Source: Lama glama (lineage: Eukaryota). Taken from it: a DNA stretch of 64,000 nucleotides. Position numbers and translations under genes: made by a program. The notes beneath the pieces are model-generated. The model worked only from the letters and a program-made list of their open reading frames with translations, was not told where the DNA came from and searched no databases. The DNA is taken from assembly GCA_028534125.1 (NCBI GenBank), contig CM052818.1, positions 43,030,001 through 43,094,000 on the forward strand, written 5' to 3'. Shown here one piece after another: positions 12,331-24,100 of the stretch (the stretch's first letter is position 1; each line of letters opens with the position of its first letter).

Positions 12331-12759
12331 ACACTATGAACTGACTTTGCTGAAATTAACCACGGACTTTGGGGATGCTGAAGAAAGTGAGCCTGTTGGT
12401 TCAGGTTATATCCTTAAAGGACTTATGTCCAGAAGACGTATTACGTGTCACGGAGAATAAAGAGAGACTTAAAAGCCACTTAGGAGGCCCATATAGTTGT
12501 CATGGTCACTGAAGAGGATTTACCTGGTTCTCTGTTTGTTGAGGGCAGTGAGCTTCTCCTTCGTGGGTCCAGGTCACATAATCAATGCCTGGATCAGCAA
12601 CAGATTCACAGACAGTGGTGTCCTTCCATTGCCAACTGTTATCTCAGGAAAAAACTGAAGGATGCTGTTAAGTTTTCTTGTTCCAGGAACAAGATACACA
12701 GTTTCAACTTTGGAGCCTCGTCCTCCTCAGAACACTCTGAGTAATTACTTCTGTCTCTG

Positions 12760-13060
12760 GACAATTCTTACTTGGCTTTCAAGGTTCAGCTCAAATGTCA
12801 CTTCTGAGATGAAACTTTCCACTGTCCTGCCTTGGAGGAGGAAATAATCTACTGAAATTCACTACCATGAGGGAGCATTTGAACCTACTTCTATTGCCAG
12901 TTATGCAGCAGCATAATTATGTTTACAAGCAGGTCTTCTCTACCCCACAGTAAGAACTTGAGGAAAGGGATGGTACCCCATTTATCTTCTCCCATCTCAG
13001 TGACGAGCATATAGGCATCCGTTCACTTTTGTTAAATCAATCAGTCAATCAATCAATGAA
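12760..13060. mobile_element. L2 fragment ending in (TCAA)n tail
   Basis: TTCAAGGTTCAGCTCAAATGTCACTTCT...CTTGAGGAAAGGGA and a short TCAA repeat tail. Confidence 0.6.
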
Positions 13061-13427
13061 AAGATAGATAAAATCCCGTGGTGGGAAATTAATTAGTGCA
13101 GAGATCTCATCATCATGTCTGAAACCAGAAAGACACAGCAAGGTTATAAATTATCATAGTCAAGCGGAGTTGGAGAAAGTTTCAAGAAGTGATGTATGGG
13201 GGAGATAACAGAATGGATGGTAGCGATGCTTCATCTGAGAACACAGGGAAAGTCACAGATGCAGTGGTGAAAAGGTTGTTATTTCAGGCAGAAACTCCTC
13301 ATCTGGCCTAAAAGGAGGCATGCAAGACCATGATGGGCTCTTTCATATAACCTGGTTGCATTTAAGTAATTATTAATCTTAGAGACAGTATTTATTATTT
13401 CCATAAAACATGAATGGAGTATATTCA

Positions 13428-13482
<55 letters not shown>

Positions 13483-13500
13483 TCACATATGTACATATAC
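13428..13500. repeat. Compound (TG)n(TA)n microsatellite
   Basis: Direct reading. Confidence 0.95.
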
Positions 13501-14539
13501 AAGCAAAGAGAGCGCTTTATGGATGCGAAGAACATACATGACTGCTTGCTTTTGGGAACTTGGAAATTTCTAAATGTTATTTACTTTTTTAATACTTGGA
13601 GAAAAACTTTCATAAAAATATACTTTTATGACAGAAGCTATTCAAAGTTCCAGAATTTCAGGTAACCTTCCCAATTTCAGGATCCTACCTGTTTAATCCA
13701 TGCAATGCTTCCTGGGGAAATGATAATCTGACATCATGGTGAACTTGGAGGTGCCCAGACAATGAAAAGGCAGAGCTTCTTATTAATCACATTCTTGCTT
13801 ATGAAACTCAGAATTCTTGGGATAAGACGCTCTTGCTGTCAGAATCAGTGGTGAGCTCCCTGTTCAACTGTCCTCAAACCTACTTGACACCAACATTTGT
13901 TTGGAATAATGCTCTATTTATTTATTATGCATCAGTAATTTCAGCTGGAACATGAATTCAAGCTGAACATTCTTGCAGGGTTTTGCCAATGAAACATGGA
14001 TTTAGGACCTGTTTCATCAACTACTCATTTCCTCCTTTCATTAATTCCCTGTTTATTGATTAATTACCACATGAAAGATGCTTCCTTACGGTACTGAGGA
14101 CACCCCCAGTGGATAAGAGGGTTCTGTCTTAGGCACTGACCTCAGATGTTGAGACCGGCCTTTACTTACGATAACTGTTGCTGTGGAAATGCAAGGAGGA
14201 AAAAAAAAAAAAGATTGAGGGAACAAAATAGTTAATAATCATCTAAAATAATATTTTCCGTACATCTGATAGTGAGACAAGAGACTCGAAAATCATAAGC
14301 ATTCAGAAAATACTTATTGACTAGATTATCTTTCCAAAAGCAAGCATGGCATTATTTTTGTGTGAACCTCAAGCCTACCCACCTGCAAAACCCTCAGCTT
14401 CCCTCTTGTTTCCTTGTTGCCTCACACTTCGCCGTATTCTGTTATATGAACTTTTCCATGTTCTCTTATGTCCTCGGTAGTCCCCTGTCCGCCCCTCCTA
14501 GAGCTGCTCTTCTGCTTGGACCTGACCCTCAGGACATCT

Positions 14540-15420
14540 CCTTGCATGGGATACACTCCTCCACCTTCACTCTCTCCTCAGTTGCACTTCCTATCTCTCT
14601 TCTCTAGATGTTGATGACGCCCATCTCACTACACTCTCTAGTGAATCCAAAAATAGTACATCACTGTCAGGCTTATCATCTTCCGATCACCGTCACGCCC
14701 ACTAGGTAGAGCTCAGGCTGCTTAGCATTACATCCGAGTGCTTCTGCTTCACAGTTTACTCCCTTCTGCAAGTCTAGGCTCAATTTCCATTCCTACCACG
14801 CACCCCAACCGGAATCCTTAGTTACACATAAACCTCATCTTTCTCTAATGGGCTCATACTTTGTGCTGTATTTGTTCACATCCCTTATTTCTTTGTACAC
14901 ATTCTTCTTGTCCTCTAGAATGCCTTTCCTGATTTTTATTTGAGAGATTTCTCCTTTAAGACTCATCTCGAAGATAACCTCCAATGTGAAACTTTCTCTG
15001 GTAATTCTTGTTGTAATTGGCAGTGCTAGCCTTTTTATTCGCACAGTTCTTGTCACTTGGCTGCCTAATGAAATGTGATGGCTCCTGCTAATCTGCTTGT
15101 ATCTCCCTCGGCATATCAGTATTTGCATACTTTGATGCATGTGTTTGTCGCGCTCCTTCTGCCTAGAAGAGTCTCCCTCTACGCTTTATCCCTCCAAAGG
15201 ACATCAAATACTCTTTGAGATTCAATGATCAACTCCTTTATGACCCTTTTACTGATTCTCCCACTAACGGAGTTTGAATTAATCCTCCTTTTCCATGTGA
15301 ATTTTGTTCTTATATCATGATCTGTATGAACTTCTACTTTGTATCTATTATGTCTTGAATAACATATTTATCTATCTCTGTCCTATTACAAGACCATATG
15401 GATCTGGAGGGAAGAAACTG
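14540..15420. mobile_element. L2 fragments
   Basis: CTAGAATGCCTTTCC, CCTTTAAGACTCATCTC, CCTTCTGCCTAGAA and pyrimidine-rich L2 3' motifs. Confidence 0.5.
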
Positions 15421-17448
15421 GACGTAATGCATACACAATCGCGCGCACACACACACACAGAGGCACACTTGGTGCTAAGTGTGAAATATACATTAGTGCG
15501 CAAGACAGATGCTCATCTTGACCCCATTTATATTCTACCAGGGAAGAGAGGTAATAGACTAGTAATACTAGTATTAGAAGTGTGGCAAGTATTACAAATC
15601 TATTAAGGAAATGTGAAAGGTTACATCAGAATAGCCTAGCCTAGCTGGCAGGCGGTGGACCTGCCTGAGCAAGCAAGCCTGAAGGATAGTGGTTGTGTCC
15701 TGAGAGTGAAGTCTAACTTCCTGATTTCTCTGGTAGATGTGTTTCTGATGGTGGCAACATGTAGGGTGTAACCGTGGTTACAGTGAAGGGGAAAACGTTT
15801 GCCTGATCCAGCACATTTCCTGAAACATGGGATGTGAACAGTAATTGCTTCTTCCTTGTTATTGTCTTCTACTCAGTAGATCCCACCTCATTGGGAGGTT
15901 GACATTTGTGCTTTCTCATCATATGTGAGAGTTCATTCACTGATTTCAATAGATGTTCTTACATTTATTACAGCAGCACATCCGTGTTATCTTGAGTGAA
16001 TCATTCTTCTACTTGAGGATATCAGGCTGACAAGTCACCTGGAGCAAGAGGCGGAGAGGTTGTGGAGAGTGGGGTGATCAAGGCTGATGGCTCTGTCTGG
16101 ATACCATCTTTTCCTTCACTTTCTTCTCCCTGAATCTAGAGTACTGTATGTCACATCGAGGTTTGAAAAGTTGCTTCCTCACCTTCTGAGACAAGGCTGG
16201 GAAGGAGTTCAGAGGAGAGTCACAAGAGAGGGAGGGTTAATGGATCAGTAAAAGCCTGCACACAAGATAGAGGTTCCCAAGAGCCTCTGCTGGGAGAGAG
16301 GAAGCCAGGGGACTTACCGTGGTGCTTGGCCTTGGATGGTGAAGTCAGAGCCTTATCTGACAAGTACGTTGCAATCTTTTCTTCCCTCTCAGTCCCCAGA
16401 CCTGCTGCTGAACCTTAGTTACAAGGGTCACACAACTGAATCTGGAGCTTGTTTGGGAAGGAGAGGTGTTGATGATTACTGTTCCCCCGACTGGATCTTT
16501 GTTTTCAGGCTGGGGGCCCCAAAGAGGAGAGGTGAGTCTTGCCAGGCTTTGCCGACCCCATGCAATTACCCCGTTGTAAGCTCACGTGGGCCCCTGAAGC
16601 ACAGGGGCAGGTTCTGTTTCTGTCCAGCCTCCTGTGCCTGGCTCCCACTAAGCACACGATACATGGTCGTTCAGTGGCAGCACTAACTCCCATGAGTGGG
16701 ACAGGAGATACACGATGACTTTTTGAGCACAAGGAGCCTTGTCACCTCCAACTTGAATCTTGACTCAAGCCGTAATTTCTTCTGTTATCTTAGCCAAGCC
16801 ACTTAGACTCCTTGAGTCTGGTGCGTTTCTAATACGGGTAATAAGTTTCTTTCAGCTCAGAAATTTTTAAATAACAAACTATCTACTGTCTACAGGCACA
16901 AGAAGGTTGTTAGATTACATGCAGCTTATCGAAACTTCACTTATCCCCCTCCCCCCCACATATATTCTTACACGTTTAAATAAAAACCGTAATGTATGGT
17001 ATGGTTTTGTGGATCACTTCGAATGATTCTATTTCAGGCATTTGTAGACATTCTCCTTCAGGTAAAGATAAAGGCTGTGTCTCTCTGAGTCCTAGTCAAG
17101 ACTGCTTTCATCATCTTCCGCCATAACCCTGACCTTTCTGTTAAGTTTTGAGCCTCCTCTGTGAATCATACTTTCAGTGTCCCCAGCATTTCTATTTCAA
17201 ACTGGTTTCTTTTTTGTAGCAAAAGCTCTAAATATATTAGAGCATATTCTCAGTCTCTCTCCCTCTGCAGTGGCTCTAAGTACAGCTTTTGATTGGCTTT
17301 CAGGCATACTTCTTGGTTTTATTTGATCTATATTACATGTCACAGGAAGGGGAATAGCTCCGACTTGCTGCCTACTTTTTCCCACGGCTCTCAGGAAACC
17401 ATTCTTAAGCACTTACAGTGGACCTGCTGCGTAGGGGACAGTGCTAGG

Positions 17449-17862
17449 CAGTGATGTGCTAGAGCTGAGACCCAACTGTGAAATTTTCAGGAACGTCTCG
17501 ATCTGATTATTAAGCACAGCCATTACTGGATAGTAGATAACGTAAGCCTACAGTTAAATAATGTAGGTGAAAAACAAAATGAACAGATACCCAAAATTCA
17601 TCAGTTAAATATTTTATTTTATTAACCTTGCTGCTGTATATGCTCATGAGGTGGCTGCAGTTACCGTGTCTGGATGGTGGAAACACCATACGTGGACACT
17701 GCTGATCAGCTCTTCTTGACCCTGCATGCATTGATATTATGTTGGTAACTTGAAATTGGCTGAACTGGGAAGATCTACACCATGAAAGTTAGCAAATGCT
17801 GCAAACTGGCCCTTCCCCTCCCCTCCCCAGCCCATTGAACAATACTTATCAGCACTCCACTG
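17449..17862. mobile_element. MER63-like hAT DNA transposon
   Basis: TIRs CAGTGATGTGCT / AGCACTCCACTG; degenerate 8-bp flanks GTGCTAGG/CTTCTAGA sharing a CTAG core; internal TTGGTAACTTGAAATTGGC...ACACCATGAAA...AGCAAATGCTGCAAA matches MER63. Confidence 0.75.
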
Positions 17863-18529
17863 CTTCTAGATAATATGGAAAGTCAGGGTTGAAAAGTAGC
17901 TACAGCGTCTGGGGAGATGCAGTGTTCACATGCAAGCAGGGGCAAAGATGGAGGAGCCGCACTTCGCATGCTGGTGCAGATTCATAATTAAAAGGTAACT
18001 GTCACGATAATTAAAAGGTAACCGAGAGAATATACTGTGCTTTGGGCCAAGTACTGTAATTAGGTTCAACACACGCTTTACCAGCTAGAATGGAGGATGA
18101 AGCAGGTATTGAATATTCTGAATGTGATGAAAATACTTTGGCCAAAGCTGCTGAATGTTTCTAATGGGCTTTGTTCCAAAGCAGATAGCTGCTATCTCTT
18201 TGTCAATAAAAATCAGAGATGTAAAAACACAATTAGTTTTATAAATCCAGGATGCCTGAGGTTTAGCCATAAGCTATGGCTCCCAACTTTAATTCAGACA
18301 CACATCGACACAAATGTTTGGGCCAGTTTACCTTTCACGCTCTTGAGTTAAAGATTTACTAGATATTCGACAATACCCCGGTGTTATGAACCACTCCTCA
18401 CCCACGGGGCAGGGAGCTGGCATTTCATAAGCATCAACAATCTGCCAGATACCTTGTTAGGTACTCGGTCTAGGTGATATCTTGTCCCCAGCACCCGGTA
18501 AGGGGGGGATGAACAGGAAAGAGAGGGAA

Positions 18530-18700
18530 CTAATGTAAGCTGAACACCTACGTATTCTGTTCATTATCCTGAATCATTGCAACAAGTTTAAAAGTGACAG
18601 TATTTATTCTCATTTTATAGTAGTGAAATGGAGGCTTATAAAAACAAAGAAATTTTTTTCTGAGACAATATTGCAAGTAAGTGGCGGGGCCAAGATTTTT
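18530..18700. mobile_element. MIR fragment
   Basis: TATTCTCATTTTATAG...GAAATGGAGGCT...AAGTAAGTGGCGGGGCCAAGATT. Confidence 0.55.
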
Positions 18701-18724
18701 TTAGACACATGTTTCAGTGATCCT

Positions 18725-19320
18725 TTCATTCAACCAGCATTTCTTGGATGCGTATGACATGCCAGAAGAGGCCTGGATGTGGGAAAATGGTTAATGTTAA
18801 ACACTACTTCTCTGCTTAGGAAGTTTATACTGTCCTGTGGGAGGAAGGTAAGTAATTATGATCATACGTGTAAATATTGTCATAGAGGCCAGCATGCTAA
18901 ATTCATGAGAAACATACCCAGTACAGTCTTCAGAGCTCAGTGCCGGCTCTGGGGAGTACTTAAAAGTTTAAGTACTTAGAAGTTTAAGACTTAAAGGATA
19001 GATAGGAATTAGGCAGGAAGGATGGAATGGGGTGGGAGAAGAGCATTGTCTACAGAGGGAATAACATGTGCAAAGGACCGGAGTCAGGAAGAACCAGGCA
19101 AGTGACTCATAATAAGAGCTAAAATTTTACTGATGACTCATTTAAAGTGATGTAAGAAATTTATGAGTAGACATAGCTGTCATGAAGGAGGTTGTTCTAG
19201 GTGTTGGAACGACTCGATCATGCATTTCCACATCATCACGAGAAGTGTGGAACACGGCTTTCCAAACAAGGACAGAAAATGATCAGATTCATATTTTAGA
19301 AAGACCACTCTGTTTTGTGT
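18725..19320. mobile_element. L2 fragment
   Basis: TTCATTCAACCAGCATTT...CAGAGGGAATAACATGTGCAAAGG...ATGATCAGATTCATATTTTAGAAAGACCACTCTG. Confidence 0.75.
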
Positions 19321-20989
19321 AACAAGTAAAAATCTGATTAGTAACTCCCTTGTTTAAAATCTGTTGTTCACTCTTTTCACCTTTTTTTTTTTTTTGAGAA
19401 CTCAATGGATCCTGTGTCCAAATCTAAACAGAGCGTCTGAGTTGTAGGAAGTCCTCAATAGATGGTGACTTTTGTGTTTGTTTAATTCCATGGGCTGTCT
19501 CAGACTCTGCTCTAATTTCCTCTCTAGCTACTCTCGTTTTGGGATTCAAAATATCACCTGCTTGGGATATTTTTCCCCATGATGCGTCACTGCCCTGAAG
19601 TTTACCTAGTGAATCTTACTGGGTTTTTATAACAACAGAAGCTGAAGCAGAAGCAGTGGTGGAAGAAGGGTTTTCATCACTCACATTTCAGAAGCAGCAG
19701 TTAGAAGAGCTCAGGAGGAGACTTTCCAAAGGATTCACTGAAGAATCAGCCAAAGAAATAGTTGGCTGTAAATGGTGACCCAGCCTAGAGATCATGAGAT
19801 TGTATGATGGTGTGAAAACCTTTCTCACGTCTCTCACTCAAATTGCTTCCAACTTTGAGCCCCGCAAGAATCAGCCAGAGCAGCAACGGAGGGAAAAAAA
19901 ATAAAGCTAGCTAGAATCCTTCTATCTTTATCTTGTTTAAGGAGGAAAGAGACTTTAAACAGTGCTAATAAATCTATCCAAGTTATAGTTAATATCTGCG
20001 GATAGCGATTTTTTTTAAACAGAATTGAGAATTTAGCGACAACTAAAATCATCATGGAACTTGTCTATTTCTATGAGTAATCATAAAATTTGTGGAGATG
20101 CTTGAGTTTTTATGAAATGGCAATTGAGAAAAATTCCCTTACTGACTATATCTTCATGAGAAAAGTAAGAAACAAAATACAGTTTTATATTTGTTATATT
20201 CTGTAACTCATACTCTTTCCAAGTCCTAAAAACAGAATTTTTGAGTACCAAACTCTATGGGGTTAGTTTGAAATGGGGGAAAAAGTGAAAAAAAAAAAAA
20301 GATGATAAATTCTTAGACACATAGCACTAAGGTAAAACTTGAGACCTGAATTTCATTCAAGTGATTATGTTGGAATAAAAAAAAAAGGAAATGCATAATT
20401 CATGCATGACTCACCAAGGCTGTATTAAAGATTAATCACAGGGGTGACAAACCAAAGATGTAGTGATTGGAACACTGAGAAAGATGGAGAGTTTGACGTT
20501 ACCTTTTCACACACCTTGCTTCATATTCTCAGGACAAGCCACCTTTTCAGCCCCTTCTTTCCCTGCCTTCGTGCTGCATTTCAGGTCCTTTACGGAGAAG
20601 GTCAAGCCTGGGGAGCTGTCGCTGCTTTGCAGTGTCATCTCTCTGCAAGCTCATCTCCTTCCTGATCCCACCTCGAGCCCACCCCCTGCCCCACTCCAAG
20701 ATCACCCAAACAAAAATCTTCATTTCAGTTACCATGGCAACTCGTTGCTCCTGGCCTTGCCCGACGCACAGACTTTGGACTCATGCTATTTCCTTCCCCA
20801 GGTGTATTTCTCCCTCTCACTGCAAAGATTTCATTCCTCGAGATTCTTGTTTTTTAAATTCTTCTAACACGTTGTCCTTACAATGCAGTCTCTTGCCACT
20901 TTGCATTATTATAACAGGGTCTTTCTGCTTGTCCTCAAAGAGTGTAGGTTTCTTTGAATAATAAAATGTGGGGAAGGGGGTTAGACTTT

Positions 20990-21205
20990 CAAAAGCACTT
21001 CCTACGTGTTAGGAACTATTCTAGACACCTGGCAAAACATCTTACTGAATCTTCAGAATGACCCTATAGTGTAAATCATTGTCTCCATCTCACAGATGTA
21101 TTCACCGGCCCAGTCAATCAACTCATCTAAAGAGATGCTACTGGTAAGGACATAAACAGAGGCTTTTCTGACTTAAAACTGCTGCTCTTTTCACTTCGTC
21201 ACCAC
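20990..21205. mobile_element. MIR fragment
   Basis: AGCACTTCCTACGTGTTAGG...AATCTTCAGAATGACCCTAT...TCTCCATCTCACAGATG. Confidence 0.55.
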
Positions 21206-21964
21206 ATATGGAGAGCGTGAGTCAGGGTTTCTTTATTTTTGTTCCTGGACTTTGTATTTTCTGGGAGCTGCCTCTGGATCTCTGTCTCCATCTATCTTTC
21301 TACGTGTGTTTCCTTCTCTGTCTCTCCTGTTTATTTACATTTCCTTAGAACTTTCTAAAGATTTTACCATACATATGCGCGTCTAAGGGGGTGACGAGAG
21401 GAATTCACCCTGAAGAATGCGGGGAGAGGCAGCAGAGGGCGGAAACGATGGTCTGAATGGACATGGACGGAGACCTGCCACTATAACAACCAACCCGGAT
21501 CATGACTGGCCACTATGGTGCGAGAGAGCAGATTCAAGAGGAGGACCCATGCGTTCTAGCCGACATCTGAATGACACAAGGTAGGAGCTCATCATCCAGG
21601 ATGCTCACTGAGACCCAAAGCTCCGTTAAGGTGAACAGTGTTCTATCGGTCAGTGAAGGATGCAGCCTACAACCCTGTTAGCCGACCCCGGGAAAACCTG
21701 CATGTGGGGACAAAGTGGTAACTATTCAGTCTCTAAGCTTGTATAGATTCTTTGCAAACCACTTTTCCCTCTTGTATAATGAAATTATGCAAGATTAGCC
21801 TTAGATTTATTTTCTTGGCCAAAAAAAAAAAAATAGAGGTCCTATTAAATAAATAATCCTGTTTTTTTTTAAACTCTGTTTTACTCTAAGGAAAATAGTG
21901 GAATCTGCCATCTCTATCATGCTGTGTTTCTTAAAGGGCCTTTGTACCTATAACTGTGTGACAG

Positions 21965-22105
21965 TGGCATCACTGTTCATATTTTAGTGGGAGAAATGAA
22001 AGCCCAGAGAAATAAGACGGTTCCAACGTCACTGAACAAAGTGACAACAGAGCTGGGGCACGATCCCAGGTCTCTTGACATTTAGTTTAATGTTCTTTCC
22101 ATCAC
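21965..22105. mobile_element. MIR fragment
   Basis: GAGAAATGAAAGCCCAGAGA...CAGAGCTGGG...CCCAGGTCTCTTGAC. Confidence 0.65.
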
Positions 22106-23434
22106 ATCTCTGTTGATTTAAACAAAAATAGCAAAGAAATAGTGCAAAGCATCATCCTGGTTGAGGTTTTGACAAGGCTTATAGCCGCTGGTGTTATTAG
22201 CTGGAAACCCAACACCAGGGCTATTTTTGATCACTCGATGGCCCTAGTGACAAGGGTTTGAACAGTTCAGAATGAGGTTGGTTAGGGGAACAGCATCTCT
22301 GTTTTACATAAATCGCATCCTCGAATATGTTCAGGATTTACCTACATCAGGCAAACACACACGAAAGACTCTGAGGACTCATATCTGAAAGCTGGTGTTT
22401 TTTAAGCCCCTTCTGAATATTTGTGAAAATTGATGACACTAAAGATACTGCTGCTCAAATTAAACAAATAAATAAATTAAAACTCTGAAAAGGAGATGGA
22501 AGTGCCTTTTACTCAAGGTAGAAAGAATCCTTTGAAAATCTGTTTCCTTATTTTCTCAGCATACCTGAAGTGAGACTATTTATTCATTCGGTTTCAAATG
22601 AAGTCCAGAAAGTTGCCAACTTACGAGTCCCTGCATTGGAATCTTTAGACTTCTGTCCTTCACTGGGCATTGACGCGAGCAATAGGAATTTCTCTGAAAT
22701 GTAGATATGTTATTTGTGATCGTGAGTGTCCTCAAGTTCCCCAGACGCCAGCAGCCACCTTTCTGCTTCATGTCTAACTGCACCATCTGAGATTCTACTC
22801 TGTGTGTCTTTAAGGGTCCCCATTTTTTACTGGATTCTCCTCCCTTAGTCTGTCTGAAGTCATCAGAGAGCTTCCATAGCACCAAAGTCTGTTTTTTGGC
22901 ATGGTTATAATATGCTCAGTGAAGCTGTCTGCTCTACTGTTAAAAGAGTCAAGCGATTAACAACAGCATAAAACAGGCGCTTGGCATCCCTGAGTCCCGT
23001 AACTTACCTGCGTAAGTACTCCCTCTCCTGGGTTGGTTTGGGTCTTCTCTGTTACTACTGATTTCAGTTTCCACAGCACTGTGTACTTTTCTTCATACTA
23101 GAGCACAGATCATTAATTTCATTTTTATTTTTTTCATGCTGGAGAAATTTTCTGATTGTCAGTCACTATGCTATTTATGCCTGTCTTTTGCAAATATAGG
23201 AAACTTTATCATTGTGAGTGGGAGAAGCCTTGATAATTGGGGATACATTTTAAATTTGCTGAAACTTACCTTCATCAGCTCCAACTCTCCCAGGCTTCCT
23301 GTTCACTCTGCAGTCTTGGCTACATCCCAATTTTATCTATGTTTTCCTTCTCTTGAATTAATTTTACACTCGGCTATTTTTTTTCTCCTATAACACTTCT
23401 TTGTAAATAATTTGCTGCTAGGTTTTTAAAAATT

Positions 23435-24100
23435 AATTTTTTTATTGAAGAATAGTTGATTTACAATGTTGTGTTAGTTTCAGGTGTACAGCATAGTGGT
23501 TGAATTGTGTATATATAGTGTATATATATATATAGTATGTATATTGTATATATATTATATATATACAAAGTGATTCAGTTATATAGATATATACTATATA
23601 TACATATACTATGTGTATGTATATTGTTATAATATAATCATAATATAATGTAATATAATTATAATATATAATATATATATTATTTTTTGGATTCTTTTCC
23701 ATTATGGTTATTACAAGATATTAAGTATAGTGCCCTGAGCTATAATAGTAGGTATTTCTTGTTTAACTCTCACTCTCTCTCTTTTTTTTTTGTTTGGTGG
23801 GAGAGGTAATCAAGTTTATCTATTTATTTAATGGCGGTACTGGGGATTGAACCCAAGACCTCGTGCATGCTAGGCATGCACTCTGCCACTGAGCTATACC
23901 CTCCCCTCTATATAGTAGTGTGTATACGTTCATCCCAAACTCCTAATTTAGACCTCCGCCACTCCCCCTTTGGTAACCATAGTTTGTTTTCTATGTCTGT
24001 ACGTCTATTTTTGCTGTGTAAATAAGCTCATTTGTATCATTTATTCTAGGTTCCACGTATACGGGATATCAGAAGGTATTTGTCTTTGTCAGTCTGGACT
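23435..24100 (-). mobile_element. Cetartiodactyl-type L1 3' end, interrupted by an AT-rich expansion and a SINE
   Basis: TTTTATTGAAGAATAGTTGATTTACAATGTTGTGTTAGTTTCAGGTGTACAGC...CCCCTTTGGTAACCATAGTTTGTTTTCTATGTCTGT is the reversed L1 3' UTR. Confidence 0.9.
23782..23906 (-). mobile_element. tRNA-derived SINE, camelid vic-1 type
   Basis: Minus strand GGGGAGGGTATAGCTCAGTGGCAGAGTGCATGCCTAGCATGCACGAGGTCTTGGGTTCAATCCCCAGTAC (A and B boxes), then an AT-rich spacer and A tail. Confidence 0.85.

Noticed and set aside
13213..13312. Short natural-looking ORF MDGSDASSENTGKVTDAVVKRLLFQAETPHLA
   Set aside because: Only 32 codons, with no supporting promoter, splice or homology evidence.
23836..23906. tRNA-Ala-like gene (also 62720-62792)
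   Set aside because: The tRNA-like head is followed by a SINE spacer and poly(A) tail, and the copies have diverged. These are SINE heads, not tRNA genes.
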